IMG/VR virus record: IMGVR_UViG_3300035502_000313
Coordinates: 96,001 to 160,000 of that record
From: a virus
Taxonomy: Duplodnaviria > Caudoviricetes
Length of the DNA stretch: 64,000 nucleotides
Strand: one strand, 5' to 3'
The notes beneath the pieces were generated by a model. The model worked only from the letters and a program-made list of their open reading frames with translations, was not told the origin of the DNA and made no database searches. The position numbers and the translations under genes are program-made. This document shows positions 30,013 through 39,284 of this stretch, one piece after another. Each line of letters begins with the position of its first letter. Position 1 is the first letter of the stretch.

Positions 30013-31238
30013 CAGTTGTATTATCTTATAGGCTTTTTATCCTATAATTCTGGAGCTTATGATTTCGCTCATACGTTTTAAAACGATACGTCTGTCATTT
30101 CAGACCAGCTTAGCATAGATTTCCACCCTCGTTTAACGTTAGGCATATATACGTGCGATATATAAGTGTATTACTATATAATACAGTGTCGGATACTCGT
30201 GGCGGTATTATATTCTCATATTTGAGTTTCAACCACTATGCGTTACGGTACTTATCTGTGTTAAAAGATAAGTTACCTCGGTATTAACATATCTTATATC
30301 ATATTATTTAAAATAAAGTATTGTTCAAATTTATCTTTCTTTCTAGATAAATATATATTAGCATTGTTATATATGAAATTATAAAATTTCATTATTTCAT
30401 CTTTTCTAGCTATATCAACCATTTCTAAATATATTTTACTATTACATCTTTCTGTTCTCCAATGGGTTATACCTATATATTCTAGTAGCTTTATTATATC
30501 ATTTTTTAAAATTTCATATGTTATAAGAGCTACTCTTCCAGAATAAGAATTGCATACTTTTCTTTCAGGATGAGATAATCTATAAGTAAAACATCCATCA
30601 CCATCAAAGAAACCTCTAATCATATGATTGACTAAATCGTATCTTATAATTGGAAGTGGTCTTAGCCATTTAGGATTGTCTAAACCATAAAAATTTAAAT
30701 CTCTTGCTATTTTAAAACTAGAAACTACACATGATATACATTCTTTATCAGCTCTATTATCTAGTCTTAATGATGTTTGAGCATTTAAAAATTTATGAAA
30801 ATTCTCTACCATATAAGAATCTGTAGTACTTAGTTGTAATATTATTTTTGGAGATGCATTTTGATTACGCTTATTGTAAAATACACATCCATCAGCTAAT
30901 AACAATCCTAAGAAATATGCTTTTTCTTCAGTATCTATAATACTAAAGATATCTTCATTAAGACCTATTGAATATAGTTGTTGTTTAGTATAAATAGGTA
31001 CATTGTATTCTTTAAGTATCTTTGAAATGGTAGGTTGTGATAAATTATATTTACTACATAAACAACTCAAAGGTTGAACATTAGATATATAATCGTTAAC
31101 AATATTTATTTTTATTTCATCAGATATAATTATTGACAATTCATATCACCTTCCTCAAAAGTGATATGATATAAGATAAGCCTTCACCGATTTTACCCGA
31201 TTACGGTATAATATTTCTATTATACTAGGCAAACTTTT
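30013..31238 (-). mobile_element. Group I intron 1 in nrdD (1226 nt)
   Basis: Exon AGGU pairs with IGS GCCU (U.G at the splice site), terminal G 30013, P7 GCAUAG/CUAUGC; splicing restores SRAGAQ-V-PFSS. Confidence 0.92.
30294..31139 (-). CDS. Intron-encoded double-motif LAGLIDADG homing endonuclease with N-terminal HTH
   Basis: YFLGLLLADG and MIRGFFDGDG; TTG start. Confidence 0.9.
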   Translation of the reverse strand: MSIIISDEIKINIVNDYISNVQPLSCLCSKYNLSQPTISKILKEYNVPIYTKQQLYSIGLNEDIFSIIDTEEKAYFLGLLLADGCVFYNKRNQNASPKIILQLSTTDSYMVENFHKFLNAQTSLRLDNRADKECISCVVSSFKIARDLNFYGLDNPKWLRPLPIIRYDLVNHMIRGFFDGDGCFTYRLSHPERKVCNSYSGRVALITYEILKNDIIKLLEYIGITHWRTERCNSKIYLEMVDIARKDEIMKFYNFIYNNANIYLSRKKDKFEQYFILNNMI

Positions 31239-32299
31239 ACCTGTGCACCTGCTCTAGAATGTAATGTATTTAGGTTATGTACAAAACCTTCCATAGCTTG
31301 ATAACAAGCTTTTTCTGTATCTTTATATGACATCTCTAGAATCTTTGTAATATAGTAATTATATACTGAAGAAGATATATTGAATTCACTATATAACTTA
31401 TCATCAAGACCATCATTAGCTTCACAAATTTCAAGATAGTGTTCAAGTTCTTCTAATTCCATATTGTTTATACTATCAAAGAACTCAGTTAATTCATCAC
31501 TATCATTAATAAACATCTTAAACTTTTCATAATTAGCATTGATTGACTTTCTGAATGTTTTATATATTCCAGGAGCCATCGAATAATCAAAATTAGGAAT
31601 CGATTGTCCACCATGCTGATCATTTTGATTGCTTTGAATTGCAATTGCTGCATGTGTAGCATACGATCCAATGCTATTAGGTTCTCTTAGGTAACCATGT
31701 CCTGTATTAAAACCATCCTTAAATAACTTAAGACAGTCAATCTGGCAACATGTTAGAGTAAGTGAATAAAAGTCAAGGTCGTGGATATGGATATAACCAT
31801 CTGTATATGCCTTGGCAATATCTTTACTCATCATATTATTTACATAATAATTCTTAGATACATTTGCACCTACTTGTAACATTGTACCCATAGGAGCATC
31901 GCCATCGATGTTACCATTATCACGCTTAAGGTCATTATCTTTAGATTCTGTATTAAGTAAAGAGGAGATTGTATTTGAAATACTATCTCTAGTATTTCTG
32001 ATTTCTGTTCTCTTCTGACGATAAAGAATATATTCCTTTGCAGTGTCGGCAAAACCATTCTTAATAAGAACACGTTCTACATTATCCTGAATCTTTTCTA
32101 CATCGATTTCGTTTGTATCGTTATCTGAACAATATTTATCACAAGCAGATTCAATATTGTCTGTTAGCTTTGTACAGGTACTTTTATCGAAATCATAATT
32201 GTCCATATAATGAGATGCTTCTACAGCCTTATATATGGCATTATAAATTCTTGTTTTATCAAAATCAACTTTGTTACCGTTACGCTTAATTACTATCAT
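31239..32299 (-). CDS. nrdD: NrdD exon 1 (ATP cone and N-terminus); spliced product 775 aa
   Basis: MIVIKRNG ATP cone, IHIHDLDFY, CCQID, QHGGQS, NLNTLHSRAGAQ; start 32299 behind GGAGG. Confidence 0.95.
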
Positions 32300-32429
32300 A
32301 ATTAAGTCCTCCTTTATAATTATTTTTACTATAAAGTTATATATTGTGTAGATAAAAAATAAACGAAAAAATAGCACCAGCGTACATATAGCGTACGCTG
32401 GCGAATATTTTTGTTTTACCTTATCGACG

Positions 32430-32717
32430 TCAATTTAAATATCTCTTAGCGAATTCATCTTCACCAATATTTTTACGAATTGATGATGTATTGATATACA
32501 CTGCACACAGACAACAATCGAACGGATCTGGTGCAATCAATGTGACTTTACAATCATAAAAGTCATTTACAAAACGAGTGAGATTAATATCACATCCGTC
32601 GATTTCATTTGCGACATCATCATAGAGTTCGAATCCATTAGGCATTGTTTCGAATACTCCGGCATTCTTATAATCTTCAAGAGTTATAAGCTTCTTTGCA
32701 TCGTTTGTTTCATTCAT
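32430..32717 (-). CDS. Small early hypothetical protein
   Basis: Early promoter 32771-32778; GGAG RBS. Confidence 0.65.
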   Translation of the reverse strand: MNETNDAKKLITLEDYKNAGVFETMPNGFELYDDVANEIDGCDINLTRFVNDFYDCKVTLIAPDPFDCCLCAVYINTSSIRKNIGEDEFAKRYLN

Positions 32718-32830
32718 TTTAAATTCTCCAGTCTATGTTTTATTGACTTTATCATCTGTCTATTACTAAAATAATATATAAATAAAAATAAATATTACCA
32801 GGAGTATGGTAGCTCCTGGTAATATAATAA

Positions 32831-33610
32831 TTAAACACAAAACATAATTGGTTGATTAGCATTTGCAGGATTAACATATCCTTCTCTAAGAGTATTAATA
32901 AAGTCTTCTCTTCTTCCAGCCCAGTTTTCAATATAACTTAACTTCAGATCAACTCCAGCGAATATAGTCTCAAGGCCATCATAATGCTGAAGATATGCTA
33001 CTAAAAAGTTAGCTACATCTGCAGTGGCAAGATTTTCAAAAATCTCCATTTGAGTAGGACTTATAGTAGATAGATTAGCAGGATGTGTTACAAATATATC
33101 TAATGGTATATGTCCAAGACCACCAGAAATATCACCATGTGTAGCACTCTGTAATCTAACCATATTAGGATATTTAAAGTCTACGAATATACTATTATTA
33201 AATACAGAAGTTAAATCTGCTCTCATTTGCAATAAAGCTACATCATCCATAGAATAGTTATTATATGCTGACAAATAGTCATAATATCCTATACCAGATT
33301 GCTGAGCCATACCACCATCTTCTTGACCGTATACATCCCAAGCAATATCTCTAACACCTAAGATTTCAGCACCTCCTAAGAGATCAGTATCAATTATATA
33401 ATAACCATCTCTTTTTCTACCTTTATCATTAGTGTCAATAGAAATTCTAACCATATGAGGAAAATAACGAGAGAATGTAAGTAATGTATCTGGAATAATG
33501 ACTTCTTCTACCCAAGTATCTTTAGAAATATCATCAGGTAACATAAGTGGCTTAGTACCTAATCTACGTTCAATCTTATTCAATAAGATATTCATTTTAT
33601 TAAAAGCCAT
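32831..33610 (-). CDS. Putative neck protein (T4 gp13-like)
   Basis: N-terminal KIERRLGTKP...TLLTFSRY resembles gp13; late promoter 33638-33649. Confidence 0.45.
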   Translation of the reverse strand: MAFNKMNILLNKIERRLGTKPLMLPDDISKDTWVEEVIIPDTLLTFSRYFPHMVRISIDTNDKGRKRDGYYIIDTDLLGGAEILGVRDIAWDVYGQEDGGMAQQSGIGYYDYLSAYNNYSMDDVALLQMRADLTSVFNNSIFVDFKYPNMVRLQSATHGDISGGLGHIPLDIFVTHPANLSTISPTQMEIFENLATADVANFLVAYLQHYDGLETIFAGVDLKLSYIENWAGRREDFINTLREGYVNPANANQPIMFCV

Positions 33611-33711
33611 AACTATTACATCTCCTTTATATAATATTACTTAGATGTTAAAAATACGCAAAAAAGAAACGTGCTAATTAAAGCACGTCTCCCTTTCTTT
33701 TGTTTCTTTGT

Positions 33712-33882
33712 TCAGTCTTCACATGTACGGAGATTATCCATGCCTTCACTTAAAACTAGCAGAGTATATGGAATCTCCCACCCATACTTTTCTGAAATCT
33801 TCACCACAGAATCATGGAAATTTGATTGAGAACTATATAGGCATGCAACAACATCTTTTTGCGTTTTGATAGATTCATCCAT
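33712..33882 (-). CDS. 56-aa hypothetical protein absent from the ORF track
   Basis: AGGAGGTG RBS; MDESIKTQKDVVACLYSSQSNFHDSVVKISEKYGWEIPYTLLVLSEGMDNLRTCED*. Confidence 0.7.
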   Translation of the reverse strand: MDESIKTQKDVVACLYSSQSNFHDSVVKISEKYGWEIPYTLLVLSEGMDNLRTCED

Positions 33883-33895
33883 GGTATCCACCTCC

Positions 33896-34552
33896 TTACT
33901 TTTTTGTTGTCAGAGCATATTTATTAATTGCTCTGTTGTTTTCGTCTGTGACCATTCTGATAATAGACTGGTCTCTAAGTAGCACATTGAGTGTTACCTC
34001 AATTGCTATCTTAGATAACTGGCGATTAGTGAACCAATACTGTTCCCATTGGTCACCAAAGTATCGATCCAAGATCCTTTTGATCTTGGTATCAATTGAA
34101 TCACATGATCGAATGTGGTCAACTTCAGACTTCATAAGTCTGAGCTTAGCGTTTTGATCATTCTGAAACGCCATACTTCTACCAGCGAGAAAATAGTCAA
34201 TCTCTTGCTGGTCTACTACTGGTTTTGATCGTCTATACTCATATGAGCATAACCTTTTAATGATGCAAGACGATCCTTCCTCTGTAGTGATATGTACGTA
34301 CATATCCACAGAGGAGAGATTTCCTACTTCACATAAAGTTATCCTTTCTTGATAATCAACCTCCTTAAATCTGTGAATCGCATAAATAATGGCTTCTGTA
34401 CTGTTTTCAAACAGATACATCAAACCATCATTGAAAGAGCACATTACCCTTTCGAATTTCCCGAACTGGCTTTCTATTTCTCTTATAGCCTCGGAACGTC
34501 CTATTACATCCTCTAAGTCAAAATTTAAGTTACCCTGATTATTGTTGTTCAT
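33896..34552 (-). CDS. Early hypothetical protein
   Basis: Early promoter 34623-34630 and a structured leader. Confidence 0.7.
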   Translation of the reverse strand: MNNNNQGNLNFDLEDVIGRSEAIREIESQFGKFERVMCSFNDGLMYLFENSTEAIIYAIHRFKEVDYQERITLCEVGNLSSVDMYVHITTEEGSSCIIKRLCSYEYRRSKPVVDQQEIDYFLAGRSMAFQNDQNAKLRLMKSEVDHIRSCDSIDTKIKRILDRYFGDQWEQYWFTNRQLSKIAIEVTLNVLLRDQSIIRMVTDENNRAINKYALTTKK

Positions 34553-34635
34553 TTTGTTACCTCCTGCCTTTTATTGGCAATAAAATTTTAATTAACAGTT
34601 GAACGCTCTGTTAATCACTATTATAATATATAATC
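34553..34635 (-). promoter_or_regulatory. Early promoter plus two-hairpin leader, homologous to 48810-48887
   Basis: TATATTAT..AGTGATTAACAG-loop-CTGTTAAT..TGCC-loop-GGCAGGAGG. Confidence 0.75.
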
Positions 34636-34701
34636 TATTATAATTATACAGAAGGTAAAATAACAGGGTAGTTAATCTACCCTGTTATCATATACTTTAT
34701 C

Positions 34702-35001
34702 TTATATTATCTTTATTATTAGTTTATTATCATTATCTGGTATATAGGTTAAGACTCTATATGCCTTACCATAAATAACGACATTTTGTTCCGATGGTAG
34801 TGTATTAATTATATCAATGTCTTTAGAACTGAATCCTGTAATATCATACATTACACAAGTACCATCTGTACATGCATTTACTGTGTATGAAGAATCCTTT
34901 AATAGTGAGTATATAATCATATTTTGATTGATATATTTAATAACATAATCGACGAGGTTAATACCAGATATATTTTTTGTAAAACTTAGTATATCATCCA
35001 T
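34702..35001 (-). CDS. Hypothetical protein in the baseplate operon
   Basis: GGAGG RBS; TAATG coupling with the -1 frame extension. Confidence 0.7.
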   Translation of the reverse strand: MDDILSFTKNISGINLVDYVIKYINQNMIIYSLLKDSSYTVNACTDGTCVMYDITGFSSKDIDIINTLPSEQNVVIYGKAYRVLTYIPDNDNKLIIKII

Positions 35002-35198
35002 TACGGTATTAATCCTCCTTCTTCTAATGCGTCTTCCATTGCATCAGCCTGAACCTGTTCCTTACCTTCTTCAGATTGCATCTTTTCATATGCTATTGTG
35101 TACAAGATTTGAAACATAGCACAAGGCATTTCATATAACTCCATAAGAGATATTCTACCTTTATAATAGGTTGAAACTTGCTCTATACGTCTTATATC
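35001..35198 (-). CDS. Putative -1 frameshift extension (65 aa, gp51/GT-like) of 35192-36895
   Basis: Open -1 frame from slippery G-AAA-AAG: DIRRIEQVSTYYKGRISLMELYEMPCAMFQILY...; no RBS of its own. Confidence 0.65.
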   Translation of the reverse strand, partial: DIRRIEQVSTYYKGRISLMELYEMPCAMFQILYTIAYEKMQSEEGKEQVQADAMEDALEEGGLIP

Positions 35199-36895
35199 TT
35201 TTTCATAAGACCCAGCTGATGACGTGTAAAAAGCATATTGTCAGGATTAATTTCTTGCTCGTCAATTTTTCTACCACATTTTGGACATCTGCGTTCAGGG
35301 TAGATATAAGAAATATCTCTGATAAGATTACCATTATCATCAAGCTTACCACCATCATACTTATCTGTTTCAACAGAAAGAGCCATAAGCTGGTCAGATG
35401 TCAGTGACTTAAGAATGGTATCAAATGTCTTAATACGACGCTTATATGTCAAAGACTTATCATTAACAACAGGCTTTGTATCAATAGGAATAAGCTGATT
35501 ATTAGCATAGTCAATCTTATAGATTGCATCGATGTAAGATAGTAGAAGAAGTCTATCTTCATACTTAGAGTTAAAATCCTGATTTACAAGAGTAGGTTCA
35601 ATATAAGTGTTATAAAGTGATGGAACCTTAAGAGCAAATACATACTCATCAGAAGCCTGATATAGAGTTACATTATAATCAGAGTTAGAAGAATCTGTAT
35701 TGCCTTCATGAAGAATAGTCATATATTCTTCCTTAATAGCATCAGATTCAAACTTAATCATAGAATGAATTGGAACTGATTCCATGAATACATTATTACA
35801 CTTATCATCACCACAAGAGAATGTGATAATATTAGACAAACCAAATGTAGCCTTATATGCAGTAAACATATAATCATCTACAACAGTATTAGGTGTAATC
35901 ATTGCCCAAGCTTCGAATGTCTTTGGCTTATTAGCATCAATAATATGATCATAAATAAGCTTTAGTTTGTTTTCGATATACTTGTTATAATTACTACCTC
36001 TTAAACGCTGTGGGTCGATAGACTGAATTTCCATTGGCTTCCATGCAGACATTCTAACAGCTTTCTTCTGATTCCATAGAACGCCATCTGCACATTCAAT
36101 AGCCTTAGTCTTGATATCATTGATAACCTTAGCAGCATTGATTGGCTTCTTAGCAATTGTAAAACCATTAAGATTAATAGCCTTAGAAATAGGATTGAAA
36201 GATTTCTTTACTTCCTTTCTAATTGTCTCTTTAATCTCTTCAGTCTTAGCCTTCTCATCTTCTTCCTCTTCAGAATCCTTATCATCTTCATCGTCATCTT
36301 CATCAAGATATTTCATGTCTTCATCTTCAATACCATCAAAAAGATGCTCATCTTCGTCATATACAGATTCATCAGCAGCCATAACGATAGTTTCTTTCTT
36401 AGTACCAGCAACAGGAGCTGAATTTTCAACAGTCTTTTCAATTACAACTGGAGTCTCTTCTTTTACAACAACAGGTGCTACAGGTGTAGGTTCTGGAGTA
36501 GGGGTTGTTGTTACTACAGACTGAGCAGGTTCAACCTCATCTTCAAACTTGTGTACTACAACAGTATTAGATGAAGATGCAGTTAGTTCGTCATCAGAAT
36601 CAATATCACTATCATTTACGATAGCAGCCTCGATTCTTTCTTCCTGACCTTTTCTAAAAGTTTCATTTGTTTCACTCTGTGTTCTGGCAATTGCACCATC
36701 AATTCCTTCAAATGCCTTATCAAGCATTGGATTACCTGTACCGACAATAGGCTCAGGCTTAGACTGTACTACAGCCTCAGCGATATTTGCTTCTTTTACA
36801 TTAGATGTATCTAGCTTCTTTCTTGGCATATTAGATGGAGTAGCAGTTGGAATAGCACCATTAGCAAGCTCAGATAAAGTTACATTTTCAGACAT
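35192..36895 (-). CDS. Baseplate hub assembly / tail assembly chaperone (T4 gp26-like) with long acidic N-terminus
   Basis: CGDDKC and CPKCG Zn motifs, ALKVPSL, near-terminal LF; follows the gp25-like gene. Confidence 0.6.
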   Translation of the reverse strand: MSENVTLSELANGAIPTATPSNMPRKKLDTSNVKEANIAEAVVQSKPEPIVGTGNPMLDKAFEGIDGAIARTQSETNETFRKGQEERIEAAIVNDSDIDSDDELTASSSNTVVVHKFEDEVEPAQSVVTTTPTPEPTPVAPVVVKEETPVVIEKTVENSAPVAGTKKETIVMAADESVYDEDEHLFDGIEDEDMKYLDEDDDEDDKDSEEEEDEKAKTEEIKETIRKEVKKSFNPISKAINLNGFTIAKKPINAAKVINDIKTKAIECADGVLWNQKKAVRMSAWKPMEIQSIDPQRLRGSNYNKYIENKLKLIYDHIIDANKPKTFEAWAMITPNTVVDDYMFTAYKATFGLSNIITFSCGDDKCNNVFMESVPIHSMIKFESDAIKEEYMTILHEGNTDSSNSDYNVTLYQASDEYVFALKVPSLYNTYIEPTLVNQDFNSKYEDRLLLLSYIDAIYKIDYANNQLIPIDTKPVVNDKSLTYKRRIKTFDTILKSLTSDQLMALSVETDKYDGGKLDDNGNLIRDISYIYPERRCPKCGRKIDEQEINPDNMLFTRHQLGLMKKI

Positions 36896-36910
36896 ATGAT
36901 TTCCTCCTTG

Positions 36911-37330
36911 TTATTTAAAATCAGCTAAACTAGCTGTATTTTGTAATACTTCACCAGTTTCTGTATTAATCGGTAGATAAGCATTTAACTCTTCCGAAGT
37001 AATATAGATCTTGATTACTTTTTGATCATTAGTATCATCATCCCCAAGAATACATCTAACATCGGTTAGAGTAAACTGTGGAAGATATGTCATAATTTGG
37101 TTTTTTATAGAATTGGCTAATTTAACCATATCTACTTCAGTTGAATATCTAAATCTAGAAACTAGTCCAACACCCATACCAGGATGAGTCTGAAATGTTC
37201 CAGGTTCTAACAAGATAAGTCTAATCAGCATCAAAGTAGCATAGTCTTCACCTTTTGCTACAAGAGGCTTATAATATTTATCAACGGAAAGTAATGGTTC
37301 AGTTGTATCTACAGAAGTACTATCTGCCAT
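36911..37330 (-). CDS. Baseplate wedge protein (gp25-like)
   Basis: LILLEPGTFQTHPGMGVGL...IKNQIMTYLP. Confidence 0.7.
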   Translation of the reverse strand: MADSTSVDTTEPLLSVDKYYKPLVAKGEDYATLMLIRLILLEPGTFQTHPGMGVGLVSRFRYSTEVDMVKLANSIKNQIMTYLPQFTLTDVRCILGDDDTNDQKVIKIYITSEELNAYLPINTETGEVLQNTASLADFK

Positions 37331-37411
37331 ATTATTACCTCCTTCATTAATATATTGTTTTTGTTATAAAAAAATAAAGCTCTGATTTAACAGAGCCTTA
37401 TTTTTATTTGA

Positions 37412-38311
37412 TTAGTTTTCAGATGTGATTCTAGTTACAACTTCAATAGCCTTTTCTTTTGATTCAGCAGAACCAAGGAAACAGCTAGGGTGAAGGAAAG
37501 TAACTCCATCCCAAGTTCTTACCTCATCAGGAATATTGATAATATGGTTATTCATAGAACCTTCTTCTTTAGGAATAGCTCTAAAGCAATAACCTCCTCT
37601 AGAATTCGGATAGATATAGAACGGGATATTTTCTTTAGTGAGTTCATTAACCATAGAACTGATGTATGTCTCTGTTGCTACATAAACACCATTACTAGTT
37701 TTGATAGCTTTTAAACAGTCTTCATGTTCTTCTACTTCTGCATCGATAGTATAGAACAGATTTCTGAATAAAGTTTTCATAATGGTTACAGCATGTATGA
37801 ATTCATGTTCATTAGTATTAGAAAATCCGTTTGTTCTATTAGGTGGGCAATTTAACTGTCTAATCATAAATGTAAGAGGGTTAGATTCTACACCATTATC
37901 AGCATCATCAATATACTTGATTAATGATTCATATACATAAGTCTTGTGCTTTTCATCAGATACAAACTCTGTGCCAACCTCTCTCCAAATTAATCCAACT
38001 GATGCATATTTTCCACCATCAGGTCTAAACACATGATTAGCTTCTTCACCAACTTGATGATGGTCATACTGTCCTAATCCAATGTCATATACTACACAGT
38101 CTACTGTGTCATCTGTGTATCCTTCTTCAGCAGGCTTAAATGTTTTAACAAGTTCAGTTTTGATTCCATATTTATCTACAAACAACAATTCAAGAAGTGC
38201 TGTTGCTGATACGTCATCTGTATGGAATCTAGGGTTTGAGCTATGTGTTACAAGTGTAACCTCAGTACATTCTCCTTTCTTGATTCTTTCAATGATTTCT
38301 TTAATTTTCAT
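37412..38311 (-). CDS. MYG1/UPF0160-family DHH exonuclease
   Basis: TH...FHTDD, YDIG..YDHHQ, YASVGLIW, IDDADNG, FLHPSCF. Confidence 0.88.
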   Translation of the reverse strand: MKIKEIIERIKKGECTEVTLVTHSSNPRFHTDDVSATALLELLFVDKYGIKTELVKTFKPAEEGYTDDTVDCVVYDIGLGQYDHHQVGEEANHVFRPDGGKYASVGLIWREVGTEFVSDEKHKTYVYESLIKYIDDADNGVESNPLTFMIRQLNCPPNRTNGFSNTNEHEFIHAVTIMKTLFRNLFYTIDAEVEEHEDCLKAIKTSNGVYVATETYISSMVNELTKENIPFYIYPNSRGGYCFRAIPKEEGSMNNHIINIPDEVRTWDGVTFLHPSCFLGSAESKEKAIEVVTRITSEN

Positions 38312-38439
38312 ATAATTAATTCCTCCTTAAGAATTATGATGTATTATATCATACATCAAAATGATATATGATTATATTTTAGTTTTTACAAGTATAAAAA
38401 CTTAACTATAAATAACTCTCACTGAAAGGAACATATATT

Positions 38440-39222
38440 ATGGCTAAATTGAAATACACCTTTGATGACTATATTAATAATCCATCTGGAAAAGGCAGTG
38501 CAGTTATTGCTTCCATTAATAAAGACCAATTTGATAAGGAGCTTATTGGTCTGGAAAGTAATAATGGAAAATCCAGTTATACTGTTTATAAGCAAATTAA
38601 AAGTGGCGGCATAGTATCTTATGTCATACACTTTCTAATTCCTTCTAATACTAAAAATTTCTTTCATGATGTAGTTGTAGAATTTACACCAAAAAAGGAT
38701 GATTCTACTACTAATAGAACGATAAAGAATCATACAGTAAGATTCTTTTCTAATGACAGCAATTTTGTATTTACATATGCTTATACTTTTAAATCACATG
38801 GAGTTCTAATAACAGAACTCGAAAAACTTCTTCCGTTTAGAAGTACTGTACAAAAACCTACTATGCGTAATCCTGACAATGCAATGGGTTATAATAAGAG
38901 TATAGTGTTTGCTTATCTTATTATGCAAAGAAATGGATTATTTGCTAAGGATACACTTAATAGACTTGCTAAGAATGCTGGTATTAATGTAATACGAGCA
39001 AATATTTTACCTTTTGATAAAAAGGAGCAGGAACGTAAGAAAATAACACAAGAAGCTAAAGAGGCTGGAGAAAAAGAAAAAAGAACCCCAGCTAATAAAG
39101 TAATCAAATCTAAGAATCTTCTTGGGGATAAGTTACCATCACCGCCAAAGATTTCTAAGATTGTCGGTAATAGTAAGATGATTAAGAAAGTTTCAAGTGT
39201 CAAAAAATCTAAAAAGCGATAA
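38440..39222 (+). CDS. Hypothetical late protein with basic C-terminus
   Basis: 260 aa ORF; late promoter 38399-38410. Confidence 0.7.
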   Translation: MAKLKYTFDDYINNPSGKGSAVIASINKDQFDKELIGLESNNGKSSYTVYKQIKSGGIVSYVIHFLIPSNTKNFFHDVVVEFTPKKDDSTTNRTIKNHTVRFFSNDSNFVFTYAYTFKSHGVLITELEKLLPFRSTVQKPTMRNPDNAMGYNKSIVFAYLIMQRNGLFAKDTLNRLAKNAGINVIRANILPFDKKEQERKKITQEAKEAGEKEKRTPANKVIKSKNLLGDKLPSPPKISKIVGNSKMIKKVSSVKKSKKR

Positions 39223-39284
39223 GGTTGTATATTATAATGGAGTACAAAGTACAAATTTATTTATAAAACGGGAGGTTAAATAAA

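Noticed and set aside
28072-32377. nrdD as a pseudogene, intein-split gene or separate genes
   Set aside because: Group I intron boundaries and cores restore one in-frame protein; the inserts contain stop codons, so they are not inteins
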